A DNA stretch of 64,000 nucleotides, from NCBI GenBank assembly GCA_965369655.1, contig CBDUQR010000005.1, forward strand, positions 1 to 64,000. Reading direction: 5' to 3'. The DNA is from an uncultured bacterium. GTDB taxonomy: Bacteria; Zixibacteria; MSB-5A5; JAABVY01; JAHJOQ01. Position 1 is the stretch's first letter; each line of letters opens with the position of its first letter. The notes below the pieces were generated by a model that was not told the DNA's origin, made no database searches, and was given only the letters and a program-made list of their open reading frames with translations. The translations under genes and the position numbers were made by a program. Below, piece by piece: positions 9,755 to 20,259 of this stretch.

Positions 9755-10168
9755 TTACACTATTTCGACGGATGTCGTCTGTTCGCATTTCTCCGTAAGG
9801 GAATTCGAGAGTGTGCAGTACTTGTCGTGCGACAGCTTGACAGCCTTCTCAACTTTCTCCTGCGTGACACCCTCTCCTGATGCAATATACTTGATGTGTA
9901 TTCTCTAGAAGTGTTTCGGGTAATCTGCGGAGATATCGCCGGTAGCGATCACTTCAAGGCTGGTCATACCTGCTCGCTGTTTTCTCAGAATATTGACGAC
10001 ATCGACCGCTGAGCACTTGCCGATTGCTATCAGGAATAACTCGGTCGCATTCAGTCCGGTGTCAGTCCCTCCGTTCTTAGTCGGTATATCGAGCACCATA
10101 GCGTGTCCGGAACCGCCTGTCGCCACGTATCTCTGCTTGTCGATCCACTTGATGTTCACTTCGTACAT
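9755..10168 (-). pseudogene. OsmC/YhfA-family protein with one in-frame TAG at 9905-9907
   Basis: N-half ATELFLIAIGKCSAVDVVNIL. The same frame continues after TAG as RIHIKYIASG...VEKAVKLSHDKYCTLSNSL to TAA at 9755. Confidence 0.85.
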
Positions 10169-10394
10169 TCTCTCAATCCTTCCGCCAGTCCCTGTTTCAG
10201 TATTACATGCGTTAACCCTTCATAAGCAATTCCAAGCGTAGAAACAAGGGTAAACGTAGTAAGGTTCTCGCGAGAATAATCGTTGTCGATCTACTTGCAC
10301 GGCAACTGAGTAGTGACTATATTGCCTCACTATTATGAGCTGTTCAATCATTTCGAATCTAATGTTCTTATCATCAAATCCGGATGGAGGTATT

Positions 10395-11933
10395 ATGCGA
10401 ACGGTTTGCGCAACAGGCATGTTCCTGGTCCTGGCGATGCTGTTGACTGTGGCATCTGCGTCCGACATCAATCTCGATGTCAAGGAGACGACGCTCGCCA
10501 ACGGCATGAAGATACTCGTGCTCGAGAATCACGATGCGCCGGTATTCAGCGCGATGATCAGGGCGAAAGTCGGTTCCGTCGATGAGAAAGACGGGCAGAC
10601 CGGGCTTTCTCATTATCTTGAGCATATGATGTTCAAGGGAACGAAGATATTCGGGACTTCGAATTATGAGGCGGAAGTGCCACTGATGAAAGGGATCGAT
10701 TCTCTCGGGGCGTTGTTCAAACAGGAGTGGGTCAGGATCAACTCTTCGGACGGTTCACACGATTCGACGCTCTACAAGCAATATCGCGAAGAGATCGTTG
10801 TATTGCAGAAGGAGCAGGATCAGTACGTCGTCAAGGATGAACTCTGGGAAGCGTATTTGAAGAACGGCGGGACCGGCCTCAACGCATCGACAGGTCAGGA
10901 CGGGACACAATACTATGTCTCTCTTCCTTCGAACCGGCTCGAATTGTGGGCGTTATTGGAATCCGACCGTTTCGGCAACACGATCTTTCGCGAGTTCTAT
11001 TCCGAAAAGGATGTTGTCTACGAAGAAAGAAGGATGCGGACAGATAACCAGCCGAGCGGCAAGATGCGAGAAGCTCTCAGTAACAACGCGTTTGTCGCTT
11101 CCGGCTACCGCCACGCCATTGTCGGATGGGCGTCCGATATCGAGACGTATGACCACGAGTTGCTGAAGAACCATTACAGGACTTATTACGCCCCGAACAA
11201 CCTGATCGCAGTGATTGTCGGCGATGTCGATGCAGACAGAGTGTTCGATCTCTGCGAAAAGTACTTCGGCAGATTGCAGCGCGGACCGGAGCCGCCTGTC
11301 ATCACGACTCGCGAGCCTGAGCAAAAGGGTGAGAAGAGGATCGAGACTCAGTTCGACGCCAATCCAGCGGTCAGAATCGGCTGGCACTGTCCGCCATTCG
11401 GTCATCCGGACAACGCGGTGCTCGATGTTCTGACATCCGTGCTGTCGTCCGGTCGAACGAGCCGATTTAACAAGCAGATTGTCGAGGAAAAGAAGCTCGC
11501 GTCACAGGCGTACATCTGGTCGTCATCTTCGAGATACACGAACCTGATTGTCGCTTCCGCCACGCCAATCCAGCCGCACACTTGCGAAGAGATCGAGCAG
11601 GCGATCTACGAGGAAATCGACAAGCTCAAAACTGAACCTGTATCCGAGTGGGAGCTCCAGAAGATCAGGAATCAGCTCGACGCCAATATCATCAGGGGAA
11701 TGAATTCGAATATGGGACTGGCGTGGAGGCTCTGCTACTATCAGGCTATGGCAGGCGACTGGAAATACCTGATGGAGTACTGCGACGAGTTAAAAGCTGT
11801 AAGCGCCGACGATATCATGAATGCCGCCAACAAATACCTGCAGCCCGAAAAGCGAACGGTCGTAACGCTCGTCAGGCCGGAATCGGACAGCGAGGATAAT
11901 TCAGAAACTATTCCCGAAGGCGCCGGATACTAA
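10395..11933 (+). CDS. M16B zinc peptidase, catalytic subunit (secreted)
   Basis: GGAGG RBS and ATG 10395, signal peptide, GLSHYLEHMMFKG (HxxEH), NAST and EERRMR motifs. Confidence 0.93.
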   Translation: MRTVCATGMFLVLAMLLTVASASDINLDVKETTLANGMKILVLENHDAPVFSAMIRAKVGSVDEKDGQTGLSHYLEHMMFKGTKIFGTSNYEAEVPLMKGIDSLGALFKQEWVRINSSDGSHDSTLYKQYREEIVVLQKEQDQYVVKDELWEAYLKNGGTGLNASTGQDGTQYYVSLPSNRLELWALLESDRFGNTIFREFYSEKDVVYEERRMRTDNQPSGKMREALSNNAFVASGYRHAIVGWASDIETYDHELLKNHYRTYYAPNNLIAVIVGDVDADRVFDLCEKYFGRLQRGPEPPVITTREPEQKGEKRIETQFDANPAVRIGWHCPPFGHPDNAVLDVLTSVLSSGRTSRFNKQIVEEKKLASQAYIWSSSSRYTNLIVASATPIQPHTCEEIEQAIYEEIDKLKTEPVSEWELQKIRNQLDANIIRGMNSNMGLAWRLCYYQAMAGDWKYLMEYCDELKAVSADDIMNAANKYLQPEKRTVVTLVRPESDSEDNSETIPEGAGY

Positions 11934-11945
11934 GGAGGTATAGCC

Positions 11946-13403
11946 ATGAGCAGAAAACTAATCACGACTCTTGCGATATTTTTTGTCGTGTTCTCAGCTC
12001 CGGTGTCGTCCGGGCAGGGAACAGGTTCGATCGGGTCGAAGTTGATTGACGATCTGGTTTACGATGATATAAGCTGGGATATTCCCCGGCTCGGCGAAGA
12101 TGTAATAGTCGACACGCTGCCGAATGGCATGGTCCTTTTCATGATGGAAGATCATCGTCTGCCGGTGTTCAACGTCAGGGCGCTGATCCGCGTTGGTGAG
12201 ATGTTCGTGCCTAAAGAACAGATGGGTGTTATCGAGCTGGCCGATGAAGTTATGCGCACCGGCGGTACGGCAACACTCGAACCGGACAAACTCAATGAGG
12301 AACTTGAGTACATCGCCGCATCGGTTGAGACATGGATCGGTAATGAATCGGGCGGTGTGAGCCTGAATTGTATGTCGAAGGATATCGACAAGGGGCTTGG
12401 GTTGTTTGCCGATGTCATGATGCATCCGGCATTTCGCCAGGAGAAGATCAATCTGCAGAAAGATAAGATCAAGGAGAGTATCAGGCGAAGAAACGATTCA
12501 CCGGGATCGATATGCAGTCGCGAATTCTACAATCTGATCTACGATGACCATTTCTACGGTACAATGCTCGAGTGGGATTATGTCAAAAATGTCACGCGAG
12601 AAGATCTGATCGAGTTCCATTCCAAGTATTATTTCCCGAACAATGTGTGGCTTGGAATCACCGGCGATTTCGATATGGAAGAGATCAAGCTGAAAATCAT
12701 TGCTGCATTCGATGGATGGGAACCCAGAGAAGTCGAATTCCCGGAGGTCCCGAGAGTCTCGACTGAATCGAAGACGGGTGTGTATCTGATTGACAAGGAC
12801 CTCACGCAGACGAACATCAGGTTCGGTCATCTCGGAATCGACGAATACAATCCCGACAGGTTCCCCATTGCGATCATGAACTACATACTCGGCGGTGGGT
12901 CGTTCACATCGAGAATGACAACCGAGGTGAGATCTAATATGGGGCTTGCCTACTCAGTCGGATGCGGCTTCCAGACGAGCAGAAGGGACCTGGGTACGTT
13001 CTACGCCTACTGCCAGACCAAGACGGAAACCACACACAAGGCGATCAGCGAAATGGTGAAGCAGATCAGGTTGATTCGTGAAGAAGAGGTTACCGATTAT
13101 GAGCTCAACTCAGCGAAGGACTCGTACATCAACCGATTCGTGTTCCGTTTCACCAATCCTTCGGGCATCGTTGCTCAACTCATGCACCTCGAATACGAGA
13201 GTTTGCCGCGCGATTTCTATGAGACGTATCTTGACAATGTCAGAGCTGTGACGAAGGATCACGTTCTCAGAGTCGCAAAGGAGTATCTCAGACCCGACAA
13301 AATGACGTTTCTTGTCGTCGGCAAGACCGAAGGTTTCGAGGCTCCGCTCGACGAATTCGGCGAGATCACAAAGCTCGAATTGACAGAACCGGTTGTCGAA
13401 TAA
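11946..13403 (+). CDS. M16B peptidase, non-catalytic partner subunit
   Basis: M16 fold motifs (LPNGM, ILGGGSFTSR, EVRSNMGLAYSV) but no HxxEH. Confidence 0.9.
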   Translation: MSRKLITTLAIFFVVFSAPVSSGQGTGSIGSKLIDDLVYDDISWDIPRLGEDVIVDTLPNGMVLFMMEDHRLPVFNVRALIRVGEMFVPKEQMGVIELADEVMRTGGTATLEPDKLNEELEYIAASVETWIGNESGGVSLNCMSKDIDKGLGLFADVMMHPAFRQEKINLQKDKIKESIRRRNDSPGSICSREFYNLIYDDHFYGTMLEWDYVKNVTREDLIEFHSKYYFPNNVWLGITGDFDMEEIKLKIIAAFDGWEPREVEFPEVPRVSTESKTGVYLIDKDLTQTNIRFGHLGIDEYNPDRFPIAIMNYILGGGSFTSRMTTEVRSNMGLAYSVGCGFQTSRRDLGTFYAYCQTKTETTHKAISEMVKQIRLIREEEVTDYELNSAKDSYINRFVFRFTNPSGIVAQLMHLEYESLPRDFYETYLDNVRAVTKDHVLRVAKEYLRPDKMTFLVVGKTEGFEAPLDEFGEITKLELTEPVVE

Positions 13404-13506
13404 AAGTAGTCCTGTGTGATTTACGGGCCGGCTGCATATCAGCCGGCCTGAGATGACAAGAAGAATATCAATACGCGAGGTCCTCGACCTACTCAACTTT
13501 AATGTT

Positions 13507-13550
13507 GTGTCAGGTCTTGCTTGTGGCTTGCCACAAGTGTGACCTGACAC
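13507..13550. repeat. REP-like palindrome left of the RAYT remnant
   Basis: GTGTCAGGTC-TTGC...GTGT-GACCTGACAC. Confidence 0.75.
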
Positions 13551-13576
13551 TATGTTATTATCATGGGATTGCCGGC

Positions 13577-13771
13577 GGTATCTGGCAACCACGTTTTGAC
13601 AGAGTGGTGATATACTCAGAAGATGTTCTGCGTACAAAGCTGGAGTATATCCACAACAACCCGGTCAAGAGCGGGCTTGCGAGAAGTCCTGAAGACTGGA
13701 AATGGTCGAGTGCCAGTGATTATCTCGCAGATACAGTAGGACCATTGCCGGTATGGAAGAATTGGATGTAG
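13577..13771 (+). mobile_element. C-terminal remnant of a REP-associated tyrosine transposase (RAYT, Y1 HUH)
   Basis: IWQPRF...KLEYIHNNPVKSGL...PEDWKWSSA. The N-terminal HUH half is missing. Confidence 0.85.
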
Positions 13772-13781
13772 ATGTGTTTTG

Positions 13782-13818
13782 CTGTCAGGTCACACGCCTT
13801 CGGCGCAAGACCTGACAG
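13782..13818. repeat. REP-like palindrome right of the RAYT remnant, inverted relative to the left one
   Basis: CTGTCAGGTC-ACAC-GCCTTCGGC-GCAA-GACCTGACAG. Confidence 0.75.
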
Positions 13819-13985
13819 AACATGTAAATCTATCCCGGCGGCATTAACATTCAATGGGTCCCCGTCTGCACGGGGACGACAGATAGTCTTGTCGTATTTA
13901 CAGGAAACGCTTGAATAGACGGGTTGCATCACTTTATATAGGATAGTAAGCGACTGGCAATTCGAGTTCTTTCAAGTGAGGGATC

Positions 13986-14369
13986 ATGAGCACACTTGGA
14001 AACATTCTGTGGATATTCCTGGGCGGCGGGATCATTCTCTTTTTCCAATACCTAATTGGTGGTTTTGTGCTGTGCATAACGATTATCGGAATACCGTTTG
14101 GGTTGCAGTGCTTCAAGCTTTCGTTTCTCGCGCTTGTACCATTTGGAAAAGAAGTGCGAGAATCTGAGAAATCGAGTGGTTGCCTATCGATTGCGATGAA
14201 TGTAATCTGGATTCTCGCTGGCGGTATCGGTATCGCACTGACACATATCATTTTCGGATTACTCTGCGCGATCACAATCATCGGCCTTCCATTCGCTAAG
14301 CAGCACATGAAACTGGCAGCACTGTCACTGGTGCCGTTCGGAAAAGAAGTCGTCCAAAGCACAGACTGA
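13986..14369 (+). CDS. yccF: YccF-domain inner membrane protein
   Basis: LGNILW..GG and two CITIIGIPFG/AITIIGLPFA...PFGKEV repeats. Confidence 0.9.
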   Translation: MSTLGNILWIFLGGGIILFFQYLIGGFVLCITIIGIPFGLQCFKLSFLALVPFGKEVRESEKSSGCLSIAMNVIWILAGGIGIALTHIIFGLLCAITIIGLPFAKQHMKLAALSLVPFGKEVVQSTD

Positions 14370-14566
14370 TGACGCGTTTGTGCTCGCAGAGGCTATGCCT
14401 CTGCGAACGTCGGAGCACAGCTCCGACGTGCACATGGAATGACATGTCATTCCGGCGAAGGATTTTCACCGGGGTGACAAGGTCGGGCGTGGTCAGGGCT
14501 AAAAAGAAACGAGAAACCGGACAGATGCAAGAGAGTGACACCTGTGGACTGTTCCCAGCCGCAGCA

Positions 14567-15616
14567 CTAATGCGGCTCCTTGAAATGAGGATCCAGGAAC
14601 CGTGCAAGTTGGTCTTTCAGATTGTCGTGGTTGTAGGAAGCCTGACTGATTGAGGCGACATCAAACGGGGGCTTTCCACCTTCCTCGAAGAAGAGGACGC
14701 ACTTCTTGTTCATTGTGTGCGCGATGCCCAGTTCATACATAACGTTCGGGTTGGCAGAAGTGAGCTCTGCAACTACAAGGTCACTGTCGCGGATGTAACA
14801 CGCGATCTTGTGCATCGCCGGTACGTTAAACACATCCTCTTCAATATGTAGACATTGCACGTTCAACGTCTCAGACAGATAGGATTTGACCGCTTGGAAG
14901 AAATCCTCTGGCCGGTGCTCTGGCCTGAGAGGCATGCATACAAACACAAGTGGGCTATGATACTCTTCTGGTAACGAGTAGTTACTGAAGTACTGGTTAT
15001 GTGCTGCATCAAAGTCGAAGAGCACGTCGTTTCTGGATGCCGACATCAGATATTTTTCAAGCAGTGGCATGCCTCCGTCTGCCAATATGCATTGACTCGG
15101 CTGATCAGAATCATTGTTGCTGACACTCAGTATGCTGTAGAGTCTAAGAAACTCCAAGCCCCTCAAGGCAAGAGCAGCGCTGAATCCCGTTGAAACGGCA
15201 AGGTCTCTGGTATTGATGATCGTTTGACCGGTTGCGGCCACTATGGCCTTCAGGTGACGCGCGAGAATGCGTGAAGCCGACTCAGGGTTCACATCATCTA
15301 TGGGGTCGAACCCATCAATATTGTGTGTCGCAAAGAGAAACTCTTCGCTGGTGTCATCCATTTTATCAAGAGCTTTCACAACTCGAATGTCGAGATCCTC
15401 AAGACCTCTTCTTAGCTTTGAGTAGCACTCGGTGCTGACATATATTAGCTTCCGGTTCGATGAATCGCTCAGTTGACCAACTAAGTCATAGTAGAATCCA
15501 AATCTGAAGCTGTCCCGATTGGTGTCAAGCCCCCACTCAACCAACTTGCCTTGATAGACATTTGAATCTCTAAAGAAACAGAACTCCTTCGGACCAGTGA
15601 ATCCCTCCATGAGCAT
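14567..15616 (-). CDS. Hypothetical protein with a C-terminal nucleoside 2-deoxyribosyltransferase/TIR-like domain
   Basis: VFVCMP...SDLVVAELTSANPNVMYELGIAH...PFDV motif. Confidence 0.7.
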   Translation of the reverse strand: MLMEGFTGPKEFCFFRDSNVYQGKLVEWGLDTNRDSFRFGFYYDLVGQLSDSSNRKLIYVSTECYSKLRRGLEDLDIRVVKALDKMDDTSEEFLFATHNIDGFDPIDDVNPESASRILARHLKAIVAATGQTIINTRDLAVSTGFSAALALRGLEFLRLYSILSVSNNDSDQPSQCILADGGMPLLEKYLMSASRNDVLFDFDAAHNQYFSNYSLPEEYHSPLVFVCMPLRPEHRPEDFFQAVKSYLSETLNVQCLHIEEDVFNVPAMHKIACYIRDSDLVVAELTSANPNVMYELGIAHTMNKKCVLFFEEGGKPPFDVASISQASYNHDNLKDQLARFLDPHFKEPH

Positions 15617-15720
15617 CTCCTTTTAGTGCATTGCAAAATGACACAGTATATATAACTCTTGATCGCTGTTGTCAACATTACCTTCTCTGTGGCAAGAGTG
15701 AGTGTTCACTTTCGCGGCAT

Positions 15721-15751
15721 AACAAAGCGGCAGGCTCTTCAGCCTGCCGCT
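15721..15751 (-). terminator. Terminator after icd
   Basis: AGCGGCAGGCT...AGCCTGCCGCT with a T-tract on the minus strand. Confidence 0.75.
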
Positions 15752-15778
15752 CATGTAATCAGTCTATGAAGCTATCGG

Positions 15779-17023
15779 TTACTTCATATTCTTGATAATC
15801 TGAGTGCCGTACTCTGATGTCGAGACTTTGGTCGCGCCGTCCATCTGGCGTTCCAGATCGTACGTGACCGTTTTCTTCTTGATCGTCTCCTGGATGGCCG
15901 CGTGGATTTTCTTCGCAGCGTCATCCCATCCCAGATACTCGAGCATCATGCACGCAGACAGAATCAGCGATCCCGGATTGACCATATCCTTGTCAGCATA
16001 CTTCGGCGCGGTGCCGTGAGTCGCCTCGAAAAGTCCGATATGATCGCCGATATTCGCACCCGGAGCCATACCGAGTCCGCCAACCTGCGCGGCGCAGGCG
16101 TCTGAGAGGTAGTCGCCATTGAGGTTCGGCGTGCAGACGACATCATACTCATCGGTGCGCGTAAGTATTTGCTGGAACATCGAGTCAGCGATGCGATCCT
16201 TGACCACGATCTTACCATCAGGAACCTTGCCGTCGAATTTCGACCAAAGCTCATCCTCGGAGATCGTCTCATTCGCGAATTCGCGCGCGGCGAGTTTGTA
16301 TCCCCAGTCACGGAACGCGCCCTCGGTGAACTTCATGATGTTGCCCTTGTGCACCAGCGTAATCGACGAGCGCTTCTTGGCGATGGCGAAATTGATCGCC
16401 TTCTTGACAAGCCGCTCGGTACCGGTGATCGAGATCGGCTTGATGCCGATACCCGAATCAGCGCGAATCTTCAGACTGAACGTGCTGTTGAGCCAGTCGA
16501 TGACCTTCTTGACATCGTCGGTGCCCTGTTGCCATTCAATGCCCGCATAGACATCCTCAGTGTTCTCACGGTAGATCACCACGTTCATCTTCTCGGGATG
16601 CTTGACAGGAGAAGGCACACCCTCGAAGTACATGACGGGACGGACACAGGCGTACAGTTCAAGGACCTGACGCAGCGTGACATTCAGACTCCGAAACCCG
16701 CCACCGACGGGCGTTGTCAGAGGACCCTTGAGCGCAACGATGAATTCGCGAATCGCATCGAACGTATCCTGCGGCATCCATTCGCCATACTTCTTGTTGG
16801 CGTTCTCGCCTGCATAGACATCGAACCAGACGATCTTTTTCTCGTCGCCGAATGTCTTCTCGACAGCGGCATCGATCACGCGGCGTGTAGCTTTCATAAT
16901 GTCACGACCAATGCCGTCACCCTCGATAACGGGGATGATCGGTTTGTCCGGAATATTCAGCTTATCGCCCTGAATCGTGATTTTCTCGCCGTCGGTCGGC
17001 GGAGTTATCAGCTTGTATTCCAC
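15779..17023 (-). CDS. icd: Isocitrate dehydrogenase (NADP, E. coli type)
   Basis: [56 protein letters not shown]. Confidence 0.97.
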   Translation of the reverse strand: MEYKLITPPTDGEKITIQGDKLNIPDKPIIPVIEGDGIGRDIMKATRRVIDAAVEKTFGDEKKIVWFDVYAGENANKKYGEWMPQDTFDAIREFIVALKGPLTTPVGGGFRSLNVTLRQVLELYACVRPVMYFEGVPSPVKHPEKMNVVIYRENTEDVYAGIEWQQGTDDVKKVIDWLNSTFSLKIRADSGIGIKPISITGTERLVKKAINFAIAKKRSSITLVHKGNIMKFTEGAFRDWGYKLAAREFANETISEDELWSKFDGKVPDGKIVVKDRIADSMFQQILTRTDEYDVVCTPNLNGDYLSDACAAQVGGLGMAPGANIGDHIGLFEATHGTAPKYADKDMVNPGSLILSACMMLEYLGWDDAAKKIHAAIQETIKKKTVTYDLERQMDGATKVSTSEYGTQIIKNMK

Positions 17024-17046
17024 TAATATAGTCCTTTCCGTACGAC

Positions 17047-17979
17047 TCAGTAGCCGAGTTCCTTGAGGTGCTCTTTGTACGTATTGCCGGATTTCTGCAG
17101 AAGCGCGAGATCGCCATCATTGAGCTTGAGCTCGAACACTTTCTCGACACCATTGGCGCCGATTACGCACGGAACACCGATGTAGACATCCTTGAGACCG
17201 TACTGTCCGTTCAGGTACGACGAACATGGAAACACTCTCTTGCGATCGAGCAGAACAGCCTCGACCATGTCGACTGACGCGCGCGCGGGCGCGTAGTATG
17301 CAGAGCCGGTCTTGAGCAGCTTGACGATCTCGCCGCCGCCCATCCGAGTGCGATCGCTGATGGCCTTGATACGATCCTCGGAAATAAGCTCCGTGATCGG
17401 TATGCCGGCAACGGTGGTATATGCCGGCAGCGGCACCATCGTGTCGCCGTGGCCGCCGAGCACCATCGCCTGTACGTCGTTCCGCGACACGCCAAGCTCC
17501 ATCGCTACAAACGTGCGGAAACGAATCGAATCGAGAATGCCGGCCTGTCCGAATACGCGGTTCGTCGGGAATCCCGTCACCTTCCATGCGTGGAATGTCA
17601 TCAGGTCGAGCGGATTCGCGACCATGATAAGGTACGAGTTGGGAGCGAACCTGGCGATGTTTTCAGAGACTGACTTGATGATCGCTGCATTGGCTTTCAG
17701 CAGATCCTCGCGTGACATACCGGGCTTGCGAGCGAGACCGGATGTGACGACGACGACCTCGGAATCCTTGATGTCCGCAAAGTCGAATGTGCCGGTGATC
17801 GTGACGTCGTAGAAATCGACAGGTCCTGCCTGCATCAGGTCGAGAGCTTTGCCCTTCGGCATACCCTCTTTCTCGGGAATGTCTACCACGACGATGTCGC
17901 ACAGGTTTCTCTGGGCAAGGTACTGAGCGACCGACGCTCCGACATTCCCAGCTCCTATGACAGATACTTTCCTCCGCAT
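17047..17979 (-). CDS. mdh: Malate dehydrogenase (LDH-like)
   Basis: [39 protein letters not shown]. Confidence 0.96.
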   Translation of the reverse strand: MRRKVSVIGAGNVGASVAQYLAQRNLCDIVVVDIPEKEGMPKGKALDLMQAGPVDFYDVTITGTFDFADIKDSEVVVVTSGLARKPGMSREDLLKANAAIIKSVSENIARFAPNSYLIMVANPLDLMTFHAWKVTGFPTNRVFGQAGILDSIRFRTFVAMELGVSRNDVQAMVLGGHGDTMVPLPAYTTVAGIPITELISEDRIKAISDRTRMGGGEIVKLLKTGSAYYAPARASVDMVEAVLLDRKRVFPCSSYLNGQYGLKDVYIGVPCVIGANGVEKVFELKLNDGDLALLQKSGNTYKEHLKELGY

Positions 17980-18003
17980 CCTATCCTCCTGTTTGGTTTG
18001 ATC

Positions 18004-19260
18004 CTATGCTGCCCGGTCCACGTATGGGACCAAATGGCCAGCATCTTTAACGAATAACACTTTGCATTTCTTATTTCTCTTCTCAATCTCAGCGTCAATA
18101 GCCTTCTGGAGATCCTCCACCGGTTCGAGATACACTTTTCTCACGACATCATCATCAAGATCAGACATAAGATAGATGCCCACACTCTTTTTGTGAAGCG
18201 CCGTGCGATACAACTTGTGAATGCCGTTGTCTGTCCCGTTCGGTGTCGAGGCCAGGATATCTTCCTCGCCTCGGTACTTCTCGGCCAGCCTGACGAACTC
18301 ATTATTGCCGATCCCCTCCCGACACTGCGATACGGCAATAATTGCACCCCCGTCTTCGGTGATCGCTCTCGTATTCTCGAACGATTTCTGAAGCTGATAC
18401 AGATTTCGATCCAGCGGTGACGAACTGATCGCCACCACAACCGGGTATGTTTCACTCACGGGCTGCATGTAGACAGAATGCGCGACTTCGACAGCATCAT
18501 CGAATGTCCGCCAGAGGTCGCCGGCGAAAACATCTATGACGTCGCCATGCGGATCGGCGACAAACTGTATCGACAGTATTGCGGTCGTGTCGAGTTTCTC
18601 GACAGCCTCACGAATCGACTCAGCGACAGGATTTCCTTCAAGCCTGCATGGCCTACACTCCATGCTGACAGCAAGGCCGTGATTCGCACGGATCGTCGAA
18701 TTGTGAGCGAGTCCCGGCATGAACGATTTCGGACCACCAGTGTAACCCGCAAAATAATGAGGCTCGACAGAACCAATCACTATGATCCGATCCGCCCAGT
18801 CCAGCAGCTTGTGAAGCCGAATTTCCTCACCGGTGCCATACTTCCCGATCACAAAGAACTGACTGTCATCATAAGCATCCGAATAGAATTGCGCGGACTG
18901 TGGGAGATCAAAATCACCCAGGATCGCGGCCATCTCGTCATCGGTCGGCTTTCGATGAAGACCGGTCGCGACGATCAGACGGATTTCCGGCACAGACTCG
19001 ATCTCAGCCCTGATATGATTGAGAGCAATATACGACGGCGTTGAGCGATATGCATCGTTGACAACCAGCAACAGACGCGAACAACCATCGATGAAACCGG
19101 TCATGTCAGCCTCGGTCAGACGGCGATCGAGAATGGACGAGACATCTGTAATCTTAGATCGCTTCAACTGAAGCATTCCGCCGAAATGTTCATCGGGAAT
19201 CATCAAGTCAATTCCATCACTTCCATAGGGTACCGTCACATTCATTGCATCAAAGCTCAA
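18004..19260 (-). CDS. LarA-family nickel-pincer 2-hydroxy acid racemase/epimerase
   Basis: VNDAYRSTP, ATGLHR, VEPHYFAGYTGGPKS..PG, NH, NLYQLQK, CREGIG. Confidence 0.88.
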   Translation of the reverse strand: MSFDAMNVTVPYGSDGIDLMIPDEHFGGMLQLKRSKITDVSSILDRRLTEADMTGFIDGCSRLLLVVNDAYRSTPSYIALNHIRAEIESVPEIRLIVATGLHRKPTDDEMAAILGDFDLPQSAQFYSDAYDDSQFFVIGKYGTGEEIRLHKLLDWADRIIVIGSVEPHYFAGYTGGPKSFMPGLAHNSTIRANHGLAVSMECRPCRLEGNPVAESIREAVEKLDTTAILSIQFVADPHGDVIDVFAGDLWRTFDDAVEVAHSVYMQPVSETYPVVVAISSSPLDRNLYQLQKSFENTRAITEDGGAIIAVSQCREGIGNNEFVRLAEKYRGEEDILASTPNGTDNGIHKLYRTALHKKSVGIYLMSDLDDDVVRKVYLEPVEDLQKAIDAEIEKRNKKCKVLFVKDAGHLVPYVDRAA

Positions 19261-19668
19261 TCAATCATTGCCAAAGAAGAAAGCGATCTCCTTCCGGGCT
19301 GTTTCCGGCGCATCCGAAGCGTGCACGGAATTCCGCTGCACATCGAGACCTATATCGTGCCGAATAGTCCCACATGCGGCCTTCGCCGGATCGGTAGCGC
19401 CCGCCAGCTCCCTAAGAGCCGAAATCGCGTTCTCCCGTTCGAGCAGTATCGGCACAACCGACCCGGATGTCATGAATTCGACAAGAGCATCATAGAACGG
19501 TTTGCCCTCATGCACCGCATAGAACTGCCTCGCCTCTTCCTGACTCAGACGGACCATCTTCATGGCCAGTATCTCGAAACGACTATTCTCCAGCCGCTGG
19601 ATAATATGTCCGTACAGGTGTCGCTCCGTCGCATCCGGTTTGATAATGAGAAGAGTCTGTTCCATCAT
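19261..19668 (-). CDS. ndk: Nucleoside diphosphate kinase
   Basis: TLLIIKPDA, FYAVHEGKPFY, GTIR, RNSVHASD. Confidence 0.97.
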   Translation of the reverse strand: MMEQTLLIIKPDATERHLYGHIIQRLENSRFEILAMKMVRLSQEEARQFYAVHEGKPFYDALVEFMTSGSVVPILLERENAISALRELAGATDPAKAACGTIRHDIGLDVQRNSVHASDAPETARKEIAFFFGND

Positions 19669-19683
19669 ATCCGCCAGACCGAG

Positions 19684-20259
19684 CTACTTATTTGCCTCTT
19701 TGGCAATCTTGAAGCCCAACTCGAGCGCCTTCATGTTTTTCTCTTCAGTTCCTTTCGGAGCACGCAGCTTTACGACTTCGATCAGTGCGTTCTTCGAGAC
19801 TATCCCGGTCAATTCACATATCGTTCCGAGTGATACGACGTTCGCTACCATCGCAATGCCGATTTCCTCTTTCGCGAGCTGCACAAAGGGAAAACCATGG
19901 TAGATTTGCGTCGGCGGCTGGGTCACCATGTGCGAATCGACGATGAGCGTACCGGTCTCTTTCATGTCACGGAAGTATGTATCACACGCTTCCTGCGTCA
20001 GCGCCAACAGGAGATCCAGCCTCATCGTCTTCGGGTAGTAGATCTCATCATTGGATACGACGACATCCGCTCTCGACGCGCCACCGCGTGCTTCGGGACC
20101 GTACGACTGCGTCTGGACCACATTCTTGCCGTCGATCGTCCCGATGGCCTGCGCCAGAATGACGCCAGCCAGGATCAGACCCTGGCCACCCGAACCGGAA
20201 AGCCTGATTTCATACCTGTCTGAACCGATCGTATGTTTATCCTTCGCCCGATGCATCAC
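19684..20259 (-). CDS. korC: 2-oxoacid:ferredoxin oxidoreductase gamma subunit
   Basis: IRLSGSGGQGLILAG, TQSYGPEARGG. Confidence 0.92.
   Translation of the reverse strand: MMHRAKDKHTIGSDRYEIRLSGSGGQGLILAGVILAQAIGTIDGKNVVQTQSYGPEARGGASRADVVVSNDEIYYPKTMRLDLLLALTQEACDTYFRDMKETGTLIVDSHMVTQPPTQIYHGFPFVQLAKEEIGIAMVANVVSLGTICELTGIVSKNALIEVVKLRAPKGTEEKNMKALELGFKIAKEANK

Noticed and set aside
6890..10168. Genome-wide stop codon reassignment
   Set aside because: The two internal stops differ (TAA and TAG), and conserved genes in the window end normally at TAA, TAG and TGA.
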